Positions 24,281 to 38,160 are shown, numbered from the stretch's first letter. The stretch: 64,000 nucleotides of DNA from Felis catus (GCF_018350175.1 NC_058368.1:114330001-114394000); one strand, 5' to 3'. A program made the numbers and translations. Notes: generated by a model not told the origin, from the sequence alone.

Positions 24281-27200
24281 GTCAGTACAGCACAGGACTC
24301 TTGATCCTAGAGTCATTAGTTCAAGCCCCACGTTGGACATAGGGCATACATAAAAAAATAAAAATGAATTGCAAAGAGCTCCATTTTAAGCATGCAAACT
24401 TTGAAAATATTCTGAGACATTCAAGTGGAGATATCAGGCAGGCAATTGGTTATTAAATCTGGGAAAGCTGACTAAATTAGAGAAGATATTTGAGATGGAG
24501 ATGTAAATTTAGGAGTCATACACATACAGTTTTGAAGCCATGGGAATAAATGAGACTTCTACGAAAAGGAGGAGGTGAAGGGAAGACAGTACAGGTTCAA
24601 GTCCAAAGAAACACCACACTTCTCCCACTGATGTCCACAAGTGCCTAATGAGGAAGCTAAGCAACTGGACCTCTTTTGCAATCTGGGAACAGACAGGTAC
24701 AGACTTGTTGGCAGGTAGGGAAATAGATGAGCTGAACTTTGTGGGTTGGCATCTATCAATCTGTTCATTCAGTGAATGCCTTCTATGGGTCAGGGGCACA
24801 AAGATGAAGAGACATAGCCCTTTCCAATCCAGAAGGAAAGCACAATTGTGCCCATAAAAATGTGTTATATAGAAGTATTCCAGTGGAAGTATATATACAG
24901 GGGCAGTGTGAACACAAGGAAGACAACAAATGTCTGCCTGATCCAGAACCTAAGCAAAGCTCATTCAAGTGAGAGGAGCTGGATATTAGAAGGGCTTTTT
25001 CCCCACCTCTCTTTGGTTGTTTGTTTCTGTTTTAAAGCAAATCTTGGGCCTACTAGAATAAAGGTAAAATCCTGACAGGTTGGGGGGGGGGGGTATAAAA
25101 AAAAGAAGGCTTTGGTTTTCAGACCATTGACAAAAAAGAACAGTCCTTTTGGATGAGCCTTAATCAGGTGTGGGGTGGGGGTAGGAGTTGGAGGAAAATG
25201 TGGAAGATGAGAGTAGTTTATTGCTGTTCACAACAAAAGCAATAAAATACTTTGCCCTGAGCTGCATAAGGGTCATAATCAGTATGATAAGCTATCATTT
25301 AACATGAGGAGGAAATTGAAGTTTCATTTCCTTGCTTTTGTGGCACCCCTTGAATTGGGTTGATGACACCATTCAGTCAGTCAGCATGAGGCCTGCCTTA
25401 CCAATTTTGTTTTGCAAAACAAAGCCAGTCACGGTCAAACTCAGTTGGTCAATTCCATAGATTAACATGAGAGGCCCCAGGAAAGCAAGACAGCTGGGAT
25501 AACTCTGGCTGGGAAATGATGGGTTAATCCTAGGCCAGCTTGGCAGGAAACTTCATAAGATCTTTCAGGTCCCTGGTATCCTCCCACTCCTCACCCCTCC
25601 AAGAGCTTCCCACACTCACTAGTGTCCTGGGGTTGACTCTGAATAATCTTCAGAGTTTGAAGGACAGGGCTGGGCTGAAGGTATGGATGTGGTTCCCCAT
25701 TGTCATATAATTCTCCTTCTCAGTCTGATTTTAGACCCAGGCTGGGCGGTACTGTACCAAAGAAAAAAGTGTGACCTGAATCTATATGAGCACAAACTGG
25801 GAAGAATGAAATTGTCTCAAAAATTTGACAATACAAAATTTCTCTTGAATCCTGGTCTCTAATAGGTGTACACACATAACCCACAACCTAAAGAAAACAC
25901 TGAGGATAAAAATACTGTTAAAACTATATTGAACAGCCAGATATTTTTGTTGCCTCTATGGCTAAAATACTAGAAAAGAATTGTTGATTTTCCTAGAGGA
26001 TGACCCAAACCCATCCCAATTCCTCTCCGTGATCAGAAGTTGTTAAAAACTGAGGCCACTTTAGAATAGCTCACAATTTGGAGATTTTCAAAGTTCCCAT
26101 TTAGCTGAGATAATTCCCTTTTTCTCTCTTTCTGAATTCTGATGTTTCTGGTGAAAAAAATAATTCTGCCAGTAACACATAAGGACTGTTGAAAAGCCAG
26201 GAAAATCTGTATATGCAGTGAAGTTGCCTACATAATATGGCGGTTCACATTTCAAGGGAGATTAAGGTAATGTTTGATTTTAGTTCCCTAAAGGTTATAT
26301 TTTTCCAAAAGTATTTATTCCTGCTATTTTTGTGATATCAACACAATTTAATTTTAATTTTCAAGTAATCAAGGAATGCAATTGGGCATTATTGGAAAAG
26401 TGTTGCCGATTTTGCCACAGATTTTACTATAATGCCATGCAAATCACTTCCTGAGCTTCAAAATCGTTACTATAAAAAGAATGGGACTGGATTCAAATGC
26501 ATTAGATATGCACAAAACTTTTTCGGAATTCTAAAATTCTATTCTGAGCCCCTAAGTTTCTCTATCCTGACAGTCTGGCCTTCATATGATGTCTCATGCC
26601 AATTGCCATACAGAATAAATTAGAACTCCCTTTGGTTTCTAGAAGCTTATAGCCTGTAAAACAGCAATAGTAAGATGTTCTTCAAGTACATATGGTCTTA
26701 TGATTAGATTTCAATAATTTGAATTTTGTGCTGAAGGCAGCTTATTTGTATATTATATTTTTTAAAAGGTTTACTGTTAAATTAATGCCACAAAAAAGAC
26801 TGCAGGTGGAGGCTGTTAACAGCTTAAGATAACAGTCTTTTCAAAAGTGCTTCTTCTCAAGGGGCTCCTTGCATAGTAAGTAGCACTCTGGATGTGATCC
26901 AGGAACCTGGCTCATCAGCCATTAGCTTGATGTGTGACCTTGGGCATGTCTCTTAGCTACCCTGCTTCAACTATAAATGAAGGGGTTGTATTATGTAGTT
27001 TAATATTCACTGGTAAAGCTAAGCAAGAACAAGCAGTGGTTAAATGTAAATAAAGGCATGAATGCCTTTAGTAATATGGAAAATGAAAAGGGATTTGGAG
27101 GCATTTCATTTGTGATAAAGGAAACAAAACTGTGATTATCAGCCCCCAAAAGCAATAGCAAAAATGTAGGAAAGCTCCAAGTTCCACTCCACTGATTTAT

Positions 27201-27399
27201 ACAAAATAAGTCCATTAAATGAATGAACTTGGTCTGTACACAACACTTAGCAGGACCTATGAAAAAAACAAGGTTTTCTAGGTCTGTGAAAAAAACACCA
27301 TGAAGTCATGGAACGGCTTTTGAGCCAAATGTAACTAAGTTAAAAACTGTAGCTCTAATAATTCCTAGATATGGCCTCTAGACCCAATCATTTAAAAGA

Positions 27400-28160
27400 A
27401 ATTTTTTAAAGAAATTTCTTAAGAATTTCTTACAAAATTTATTTTGAGAGAGGGAGAGTGAGTGGGGGTGGGGGAGAGGGGAGTAGAGAAAGAGTGAATC
27501 CCAAGCAGGCCCCACATTGTCAACATGGAACCTGATGTGGGGCTCGAACCCACAAACCTGAATTGAAACCAAGAGTTGGACACTTAACCTACTGAGCTAT
27601 CCAAGCACCCTGAGATCCATCATTTTAACCTCAAGATTGTTGTGAGAGTTAAATAATAAAAGTGCTTAGTATAGCGTCTGGCATGTAATAGGTAATAGGA
27701 GAAAGTTCTTCCATTAATGGTGGGAACATAATCCATATATAAATGAGTTAAAAATACAGGAGGTAGGGGCACCTGGCTGGCTCAGTCTAGTGGAGCATGT
27801 GACTCTTGATCTTGGGATCATGAGTTCAAGCCCGACATTGGGGCTAGAGTTTACTTAAGAAAAAAATTCATAATTAAAAACAATAATAAAATACATGAGG
27901 CAAATAATGATAGCTAACATTGACTAAGTGCTTACTCTGTGCCTCCAAGGTACTGTTGGGTGCTTTTACATTTCATATTTAATTCTTACAACAACCTGTC
28001 AGGTCAATACTATCATTATCCTCAATTTACAGATGAGGCAACAGTCTTAGAGATTAAGCAACTCCTCCCATGGTCATAGAACTAGGACCCCATGGAGTTA
28101 TGATACAAAACTGCTTTACTATTTCCAAAAGCCAAATGCTAAACCATTTGACCACATTAC
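27400..28160. mobile_element. Two SINEs (27400-27610 -, 27766-27890 +) and MIR fragments
   Basis: SINE heads and tails; MIR core TTTACAGATGAGGCAAC. Confidence 0.7.
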
Positions 28161-31100
28161 CCACTACATTATGTCTACGGAGTATATTATTAAGTGCCAG
28201 AGAAGTCAGAAATTAAGCATGAGTATTTCACAGGCACAAGAAGCAAGCATATTTTAGAGCAAAATTCTAGGAAATTGCCTTCTAAACTAGGAATTGCATA
28301 ACCATAAAAGAGTAGGAGGGTCATCCAGTATTTGTGATGTGGGGATGCAGGAGTAAAGGAAGAGACTGGCTTCAGTAAATGAACACAATTAGGAATGAGC
28401 CACTAGACCATTCTAGCTAGAGCAGTGTTCATAAGGGCAAGTTCTGGTGTGATAAAGTTGGAAAGACAAGCACTGGCCAGTCTGTGAGAGCTCTGAATAC
28501 CAGACCAACAAATATGATACTATTTTTAACGCATTAGGTATACATGAGATACTCAACAAATACTTGTTGTCACAAAATAGAATGAATGTCAAACCTAGCT
28601 ACTCAATGGAAGAAGGAAACCTATTTTCATCATGGGCAGTGTCTATTCAACTTGAGTCCCCAGGCCAACTAGAACAGTAACAAAGTATGATAGCATAATG
28701 TTTTTAAGTACTTTAGTCTGTGATGTGCTTCATAACTTCAAAAAATCTTTATCTTTTTCAGTTTTATTGAGATTTAACCAACAAACCCAAACCTTTATAG
28801 CAGCTTATGTTGAGGTCAGAAATACCAAACTCACTGGTAAAGATAAAAGGAAATGATGATCAAGAAAAAAATGAAGAGACTTTAAGAATGGAGCTGTGAC
28901 AGTAAGAAAAGTGAAAGAAGATGCAAGGGTGTGGAGTCCAGGGAAAAGGCCAGCCAGGTGGCTTAGGAGAGCCTACAGTCAGGCCCTGAGAGTCAGGTAA
29001 CTATTGAAAGAGCTGAGAGAAGAAGGCAGATAGGGGTATCCAGACCTATGGGAATCTCAAGAAAAGGTCTGGCTTTCCATACACAATAGTGAATTCAGGC
29101 TTGGACCTATCGTATTCGCAACAGAAAGGGGGATGTAACATGGTGATTTGGGCGATTAGACAATACCTTAATAATATTACATTTTTACCTAACTCTAGTA
29201 TTGTATTTCTCAGCACAAAGATAACAATGGTTTCAAAATTTCATTTTCTTACACCCCTGAGAGGCATGAAGGAACTCATAAAAGTTTGCCATTTGTGTGC
29301 TGAACTTGCATCTCTGAAAGGTGCAAACAAGTTAAACTAGACTAGAACTTGGGAGTCCTATCAGATGTAGTATTTTATTTCAATTGAACTTTGAAAGGAA
29401 AGACTGAAGCTTTAAAGCCTAAAGATTTTCAACTGGGATATTTAGTCTACAGCCAGTCATCAGATGGCTAGAAGTCTGGCATGACTAATTCTTCACAGTC
29501 CATTTGCTAAATGACACATTATAAAAAAGCAAGTACCACTGAAAAGGATGTGCTTGTTTTCAAGGCCTCAGCTTCATTGTAGACTGACTGTTTTATATTG
29601 GTCCTTGTCTAACCATTTTATGGTGCAAGAGGCTCTAACCACATATATATGTTAACGACTCCTTGAAATGTTCTCACATTGCAAGGACCAGAGACACTAG
29701 ATAAAGTCCAGAGAGGCTGTCATTCTGGCCTCAACATAAAGGCCACCCAGAAGGATCAGGGTTTTACAATCTTAAGATAAGACTTATTAACCCCTGAGAT
29801 GCTTATTCTCATACAATAGCTTAACCCCTCTATCACACAATTACAAAACTTGTGCTGAAAAGTAACCAGATCCCAGAATTGAGAATGCTAATTAAGTAAG
29901 CTCTGAATGGCTGCTTCAAAATAAAAAGCTGAACACAGAGAGTAGTAACAGAAAGTTTAAAGAAGGATCTAGAAACTATAGTTCAGGTGACTGACACATT
30001 GTTGATAATCTGTGTCTTTTAGGGGCTTTGTCTATTCCATCTAATTTGTCAAACTTATTGGCATAAAGTTATAATATTCCCTTATTGTCCTTTTAATATC
30101 TATAAGGTCTGTAGTGATTTGACAATATTGGGCCCAATAAAGAGAATTGGTTTAAGAAAGAAAAAAGGAAAAAAAAAAGAATTGAGGTTGATTTGATAAA
30201 CAATATTGAAGCCATAATTCTTCCAAGAGGCATTCCACCCACTTCAGCTAAGAAATGCAGATGAGGCAAATGGGGGAGGGGCAGGGGAAAAAGAAGTTTT
30301 TTATGGTTCTAGTGATGGGGCTGTTGGTCAGATTAGCTGCCCATTTGTCTGCAAGCTGCTTTCTCCTCCCATTCGGTGTTACTGGCCATCACAGTGCAGC
30401 TGCTGGCCAGGAAGCCTAAGGAAGGGGCTCCCTCTGGAGCTGATGGCAGTGGCACTTTGGAAAGTGCTAGCAGGGGGTGAGCTATAAAAAACAATTTGGT
30501 TTGGGGACAAAAGGTATCAATCAAAGCAATGTCATCAACCCTTGATTTGGATGGGAGAGAACTTTTTGGGTCACCTTGGAAGCAGGAAAGGAACAGACAA
30601 TATCATTTTCTTTAGTTATCCTAGTCTAGTGGACTCAAGGGTCTAATTTAATAGGAAAGCCATGCACGACTGGTCCACAAAGCTCCTCCTTTAGTCATGT
30701 CCTTTGGTGAGGTAGGAGAAAGCTAACTCACACTATCTCAAATTGCCAGAAATCACTGGATTCTACCTTTAGAAGTAAATTCTGTTAAAGTTTCTCCTAA
30801 GTCTGACAGGGCTTTTGGAAAGCAATTATGGATCTAAAATGAAAGGAATAAAGTTAGGATAGGGACTGCTGTTAGTGAGGGGACTAAGGAAAAGCATTTT
30901 GCCTTTCCAGGCAAAGCATCTGAAGTGAGAGAAATAGCAAACAAAGAATTGGGCCATCTCTGAATTAAGTCAAAGCTTAATTTAAATAGTTCTTATAAAG
31001 AGCTCCATAAAAGCAGTAGTAATATTTCTGAGCTAGGCAAGCACTTCTCGAAAGTATTTGTGACACTTTCAAATCAAGGTAATCTGTAGCACTCTTCTGC

Positions 31101-34100
31101 CAGGGCATATACACTACTGCCGGGAGCTCTCTTCTTCAAGCAATATTCTACCCTTCAAAACCCCCCAAACATATGCTGAAAAGATATGCCCAGGTTAGAC
31201 ATGTTATGCCATGTTTCCTGGCTAAGTATAAGAAGACTGGTAACAGGCACGGGAAGCTTCTAGATGTTATCCTGTATCTAAACTTCTACAGAAGTAAAGA
31301 AACATCTGAACCATTTAGTTCCAAATCATAACAGAATTACATGCTTGCTTGCTTGCTTTGGTCTCTTGGCGTCCTGGAGAAAGGAACTGAATTGAAGTGA
31401 TCTATCTTGATTAATAAGGATATGACACTATCATTCATTGTGAGAGAGGTGCATTAAAGCACTTAACGATGACCTGTATGGGCACAGTACGCTGGTACTA
31501 CATAAAACGTTGGTCAGAAAGTGGTCTACTCCCTTCTCCAATGATCCAGGAAGTAAACAAGAAGGCGGTCTTCTTGTTTTCCTATTCACCCTACACTACC
31601 CTTTGCAGTATGGCCCATGAAATAATAACCTAAAATTAAGGAATCCTGTGGCTAACTATAAATGTTTCCATGTGCATGTATTTTTGTCTATCCGATCTCC
31701 CAAATACATCTCAGATTAGTCTGTTTTCTCTCACCCCACTGCCCCATTTTTAAAAAACAGAAGACTGGAGCTGACTTCTAGAATGCAATTTTTCTGCTGT
31801 ATACAATGCTGCCTCTCTTTTCCACAAGAGGAATCTCTTGTGGTGGAAATGACCTCCTGAAGCTGTCACACTGGACTCTGATTGTAAAATTTGCTTTTTC
31901 CTATGTGCTCTTGTCCATTGCTCAAAATACAACAATCTATTACTTACCTTTGTTATTAAGATTTTGGTTGGTCTTCCCAACACTGATGCTGAAGGTGTTT
32001 TGAATACAGCAGGCATATTAGTCTCAGGAGGAATACATCCAAAAATTCAGATATACGCCAGCACTAAGAACTTGTAAAATATCTTGCCCATAGAAAGTCT
32101 ATTAATAAAGAAATGTTGCCAATAATTTTAATGTTGACATCTATTAAGATGTTCATCTTTCTCAACCTTAGAAAAAATTACAAAAGCAGTAACATGAACA
32201 CTGGAGAGATGCAACTGGAATTGTACTGAAAATACAACTAAGCAAAAATTAAAAAAAAAAAATAAAACAGCATCTTCCCACCTTCCAGACATTTTATAAT
32301 AATAAGATATATAATAAGTGGGTATCCTTCCACATCATATTCTACATGTATATGCATATATGTATTTTTTTCATCAAAGTAGGATCACACTGTGCATACT
32401 GCTTTGTAATGTGTTCTTTTGGGTTAACAATCTTTACCTTCCAAGATAATACATTTTCATCTCATCTAATAGTCTGAATTCAAATCTTCCCAGTTGTCTC
32501 TTCAAAAAGATCCTTTGCCACTTGTCTGTCTAAACCAGGGTCCAATCTAGAAACAAGAATTGATTCTGATTATGTATCTTAAGTCTCTTTTAATCTAAAG
32601 TAATCCCTTTTCTCATGACACCAATGTGTTAAGAAGATGGGGGCAGCTGTCTTGCTGAATATCCCATCTTCCAAATTTTTCTAGGTGCTTCTTACATTTT
32701 TTTTTTAAAGATTTTATTTTTAAACAATTTCTATACCTAATGTTGGGCTTGAGCTCACAACTCCAAGATTAAGACTTGCATGCTCCACCGAATGAGCCAG
32801 CCAGGTACCTCTCTAGTTGCTTTTTTTTTTTTAAGTTTATTTTTGAGAGAAAGAGAGAGAGGCAGAGTGCAAGCTAGGGAGGGTCAGAAAGAGAGGCAGA
32901 CACAGAATCTGAGGCAGGCCCCCAAGGCTCTAAGCTGTCGGCACAGAGCCCAATGTGGGGCTTGAATTCACGAACCATGAGACCATGACTTGAGTCTAAG
33001 TTGGATACTTAACCGACTGAGACACCCAAGGCACCCCAAGCATGCAGCTCTTGATCAGGGTTGTAAGTTCAAGCCCCATGCTGTATGTAGAGACTAGTTA
33101 AAAAATAAAATCTTTAAAATAATCTTAAGGTACTTACATTTGGCTAGAACACATCATAGATGACTAGTATATTTCATTTTGTATCAAGAGGTATACAACA
33201 TCTTAGGGCGCCTATGTGGCTCAGATCGTTAAGCGTCCGACTTGGGCTCAGGTCATTCTTGTGGTTCAGGAGTTTGAGCCTTCAGTCAGCCTCTGTGCTG
33301 ACAGTTCAGAGACTGCAGACTGCTTTGTGGATTCTGTGTCTCCCTTTCTCTCTCTGCCCCACTTGTACTCTGTCTCTCTCTCTCAAAAATAAAAAAATAT
33401 TAAAAAAAATAAAAACTAAATAAAAAAAAAAGAGGCATGTAACATCTGAATGTCTCCCTATCAATGATGTGAAAAACTTACTAGATTATGGTGATGACAG
33501 ATCTTTTCTCTTTTTTTCCCCAACTTTATTTTTTTTATTATTTTTTTTAATTTTTTAAACGTTTATTTATTTTTGAGACAGAGAGAGACAGAGCATGAAC
33601 GGAGGAGGGTCAGAGAGAGGGAGACACAGAATCTGAAACAGGCTCCAGGCTCTGAGCTGTCAGCACAGAGCCCGACGCAGGGCTTGAACTCATGGACCAT
33701 GAGATCATGACCTGAGCTGAAGTCGGCCACTTAACTGACTGAGCCACCCAGGTGCCCCTCCCCAACTTTATTTATGAATAGTTTTAAAGCACAGAAAAGT
33801 TGAAAGAACAGTACAATGAACACTAGGGTGATTACCACCTAGACTGAATAATTGTTAAATTATTTTGCTAACTTTGTTTTATCAAAAATGTATAAAAATA
33901 TTTTCTTGACAAACCATTTGAAAATAAATTGCAAAAATCAAAAACTTTATCCTAAATATTTCAGAATGCATGATCTAAAAATAATTACATTCTCCTTTTA
34001 TGATCATACCATTTTGACCCTATGAAATTTAGCAATTATTCCTTATTACCACCTAATATTTAATCCATAGCTAAATGTCCTTAATTGTCCTCTAAAGATT

Positions 34101-34748
34101 TTTTAAAGTTTTTTTTGTTGTTGTTTATTTATTTTTGAGACTGAGTGCAATTGGGGGAGGGACAGAGAGAAAGGGAGATAAAGAATCCAAAGCAGGCTCC
34201 AGGCACTGAGCCGGAAGCCCAGAGCCCAATGCGGGGCTTGAACTCAAAAACCATGAGATCACAACCTGAGCTGAAGTTGGAAGTTGAATGACTGAACCAC
34301 CCAGAAGCCCCAAGATTTTTTTTAAGTTTATTTATTTTGAGAGAGAGAGAGCATGAGCAGGGGAGGGGCAAAAAGAGGAGAGAGTATCCCAAGCAGGCTC
34401 TGCACCATCAGCACTGAGCCCAACGTGGGGCTCAAAGACATGAACCATGAGATCATGACCTAGGCCAAAACCAAGAGCCAGACACTTAGTCAACTAAGTC
34501 ACCTAGGTGCCCCCAAGGATCTTATATATATATTCTAAAGTTTATTTATTATTTATTTTGAGAGAGAGCACAAACTGGGCGGGGGGGAAGGGGGAGTTGG
34601 GCAGAGAGAGAGAGAGAAAGAGAATCCCAAACAGGCTTCACACTTGCCAGTGCAGAGCCTGGTGTGGAGCTCTAACCCATGAACCATGCGATCATGATCT
34701 GAGCTGAAATGAAGAGTTGGACACTTAACCAGCTGAACTACCCAGGTG

Positions 34749-34750
<2 letters not shown>

Positions 34751-34790
<40 letters not shown>
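34751..34790. repeat. (GT)20 microsatellite replacing a SINE tail
   Basis: Direct reading. Confidence 0.95.
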
Positions 34791-34792
<2 letters not shown>

Positions 34793-35379
34793 TTTCGAGA
34801 CAGAAAGAGAGAACACAAGCAAGGGAGGGGCAGAGAGAGATGGGGACAGACAATCTGAATCGGGTTCTGAGCTAACAACAGCAATGCAGGGCTCAAACTC
34901 ATGAACCATGAGATCATGACCTGAGCCAAAGTCGGATGTATAACCAACTGAGGCACCCAGGCACTCCCCTTTTTAAAACCAGGATCAAGTCACGATCTCG
35001 TGAGATTTGGTTAGGATGCTTTTGGTTGCTTTTAGTTAGATGCTTTAATTTTAGAGGTCTCTTTAGTCTATGACATTGACTTTTTGAAGAGATTAGGCCA
35101 GGTTAAAAATCTGTTAATAAAGTGCTTTACAACCTATTTGTTCGTTTGTTTTTGAGTAAATTAAAATTAAAGAATTGAGAAGCACCTGGCTGGCTCAGTC
35201 AGTAGAACATGCAGTTCTTGATCTCAGGGTCATGAATTTGAGCCCCATGTTGGATATAGAGATTACTAAAATAAATAAATTTTTAAAAATTTAAGAAGTG
35301 AGAATTTTACATTTTCTTTTGAAACTAGTACCTTATCACAAAAACATAACTGGGAAATACTAACCTAAGGACTATTTGG

Positions 35380-35491
35380 TAGAGTGACCAAGCATTCCAT
35401 TTTGCTCAGGACTAAGAAAGCTCCAGGATGCACAACTTTCAGTTATACAACCAGCAAAATCCTAGGCAAACAAAGATGAATCGTTACCCTA
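35380..35491. mobile_element. hAT MITE (MER81-like) with 8-bp TSD
   Basis: TIRs TAGAGTGACC / CGTTACCCTA; TSD CTATTTGG (35372-35379) and CTCTTTGG (35492-35499). Confidence 0.7.
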
Positions 35492-36174
35492 CTCTTTGGT
35501 AATCCTTGGAAGGCACTTGTTGAGGAAATAGTTATATATAAGTGATTGGTTAAAATCATAATCTGGTTCTATTTTAATTATACAAAATGATTATTTAAAC
35601 TTTTTGAACTAAACTGTCTGAAATGTGTATTAATTATGCATCTACATATAGGATATATGCTTAGGAAAATATCATAACTACAATTCTGTCTTGGGGCGTC
35701 TGGCTGGTCATTTGGTAGAGCATGTGACCTTTTTAAAAAAACAAAACAAAACATTCATTTTGTAATTTTTGAGGGAGAGAGAGAATGTGCATGCATGAGC
35801 AGGAGAGGGGCAGAGAGAGAAGGGGACAGTGGATCCAAAGTGGGCTCTGTGCTGACAGCAGAGAGCCTCATGTGGGGAACTAACTCAGGAACCATGAGAT
35901 TATGACCTGAGCCGAAGTCAAACACTTCACAGTCTGAGCCATCCAGGCATCCCAGGCATATGACTCTTGATTTCAGGGTCATGAGTTCAAGCCCCATACA
36001 AAGCTTAATTTAAAAATAAATTCTATAAATGTTGAAAAAAAAATTTAAAAAAATAAATAAATAAAAATAAATTCCACGTCTTACTTCTCCAACTTAAAAA
36101 ATAGTAATAATACAGCAACATCTTTTATCAGTCTCCTATTAATGTTACATCATTGTCAAAATCATACCATAAAC

Positions 36175-37976
36175 TGACAGCCATTGCAGTACTCTGAGCT
36201 CTATAGAGACAGGACTAGGGCAAGTAAGAACCAGATGGGCAATGTGTGACTCTGTGTCACACTGGAAAAAAAAAAAAAAAAACAAAAAAAACTAAACATG
36301 GGCAAAGAAGATCCTAAGAGGCTGAGAAGCAAAATGTCATCATATGTACTCTTTGTGCATACTTGCCAGGAGGAACACATGAAGCAACCAGATGCTTCAG
36401 TCACCTTCTCAGTTTTACAAAAGCACTCAGAGATGTGGAAGACCATGTGTGATAAAGAGAAAGGTAACTTTGAAGATATGGCAAATACAGACAAGGCAGT
36501 TATAAAAGAAATGAAAAGCTACATTCCTCCAAAAGGGGAAACAAAATGAAGGTCAAGGATCCCAATGTACTGAAGAAATCACCTTCAGTCTTTTTGTTTT
36601 TGAGTACTGGCCCAAATCCAAGGAGAACACCCTGGCCTATGCATTAGTGATGCTGCAAAGAAACAGGGAGAGATGTAGAGTAACACGGCTGCAGAGCACA
36701 AGCAGTCTTAGGAAAAGAAGGCTGTTAAGCTGAGGAAAATTACATAAATCAGATTGCTGCAATACCAAAATGTGAAAACAAGCCTATATGGCAAAACAAA
36801 AAAGTCATCAAGGCTGAAAACAAGAAAAAGAAGGAAGAGAAGAAGGATGGAAAGGACGAAGAGGATGATAATGAATACGTTAGTACTACTTTTGTTCTTG
36901 TCTGTAAAGTATTTAAACTCCCTGTACACAATTCACCCATTTGGAAGAAAAAAGGGGTGAAATCTAAGGCTGCATGAAACTTGTTTTTAAACTGTACAGT
37001 TTCAGGGTGCCAGAGTGGCTCAGTCAGTTAAGCTCGGGTCATGATCTCGTGGTCAGTGGGTTCCAGCCCCACATCAGGCTCTGTGCTGACAGCTCAGAGA
37101 CTGAAGCCTGATTTAGACCGTGTCTCCCTGCCCCTCCCCTGCTCATGCTTATGCTCATGCTCTGTCTCTCTCTCTCTGTGTCTCCTTCTCTCTCTGCCCC
37201 TCCCCTGCTCATGCTCTCTCTTTTTCCCAAAAATAAACATTAAAAAAAATTAAAATGTACAATTTCAGGGTGCCTGGGTGGCTCAGCTGGTTAAGTATTT
37301 GGCTTAGGTCATGATCCCAGGGTGATGGGATCCAGCCCTCTGTGCTGAGTGTGGAGTTTGTTTAACGTTCTCTCTCTCCCTCCCTCTCTCTCTCTCTTCC
37401 TCTGCCCCTCTCCATGGCTTGCATGCTATCTCTAAAAATAAACTGTACAGTATCTTCTTTTGTATAGTTAAAACACTATCAAAAGTATCTTTACCTAGTC
37501 TTGTCCTAGTGGCATTTTCAGCAGCCACTACCTTTGCTGAGTACAGTGTGGGAATGTAAAGTAGCATGGAAATTTAAGAAAGGTTCTTTTTGGCACACAA
37601 CATGAAGTAGTTATACATGGGGATGAGAGTCTTTTCATCTTCAGTTGTTTCTAATCCATCTTATTTTTTTTTAATGTATATTTATTTATTTTTGAGGGAG
37701 GTACACAGAAAGAGAAAGAGTCCCAAGCAGGCTCCATGCAGCCAGTGCAGAGTCTAGCTTGGGGCTTGAACTCACAGACTGCGAGACCAAACTGAGCGGA
37801 AATCAAGAGCTGGTTGCTTATCGAATGAGCCACCCCAGTGCCCCTCTAATGCATCTCATATGAATTAATTGTTCTCTTAATTGCAGAGTACCAGTCTGCA
37901 ATTGCAAAACACTTAGAATTGTTTCATTAACATTCCAAATACTTCTAGATAAAATCAATTTTCTTATTAGAAAACA
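36175..37976 (+). pseudogene. HMGB1: HMGB1 processed pseudogene, full length from 5' UTR to proximal poly(A), with three SINEs in its 3' UTR
   Basis: HMGB1-like 5' UTR (GCCATTGCAGTAC...ACTAAACATG), intronless CDS from 36298 (MGKEDPKR...YIPPKGETK*), stops and frameshifts in box B, acidic-tail codons to ~36878, A-rich end, 17-bp TSD with 2 mismatches (36158-36174 / 37977-37993). Confidence 0.95.
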
Positions 37977-38160
37977 AAAACCATACCCTAAACCTGTATT
38001 TTACCTTAGATAATGTTATCTTATGCACAAAACACATTCTTTTAAAACTTATAAAGACAATTTATTTCACATGCAGTTACTTAAACCCTTAGGAAGGTTT
38101 GTTTCTTTTATAGTAGAAGCGTGTCTTTTACATTAAGATAGTGATTTGTCCTTGGGGAAC

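Larger units (their letters stand above)
22318..24560 (-). mobile_element. Fragmented LINE-2 3' region carrying several SINE insertions
   Basis: Diagnostic L2 tail TTCATTCATTCATTTAATAAATATTTACTGAGCACCTAC, then GGGAAGCCACTAAAAGATTTTAAG and AGTGGAGATATCAGGCAGGCAATTGG. Confidence 0.65.
32690..36070. mobile_element. Dense SINE cluster embedded in old L1M 3' fragments
   Basis: More than ten CanSINE/short SINE copies, mostly on -; ACAGAAAAGTTGAAAGAACAGTACAATGAACAC old-L1 3' motif at ~33790. Confidence 0.75.

Noticed and set aside
31555..31842. Two short hairpins (10-bp stem at 31555-31579, 9-bp stem at 31821-31842)
   Set aside because: Stems this short are expected by chance in 64 kb; no snoRNA boxes or miRNA-length stem.
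31750..32063. Minus-strand ATG ORF with a perfect AAG|GTAAGT donor at 31948
   Set aside because: The peptide resembles nothing I recognise, the acceptor is weak and I found no partner exon.
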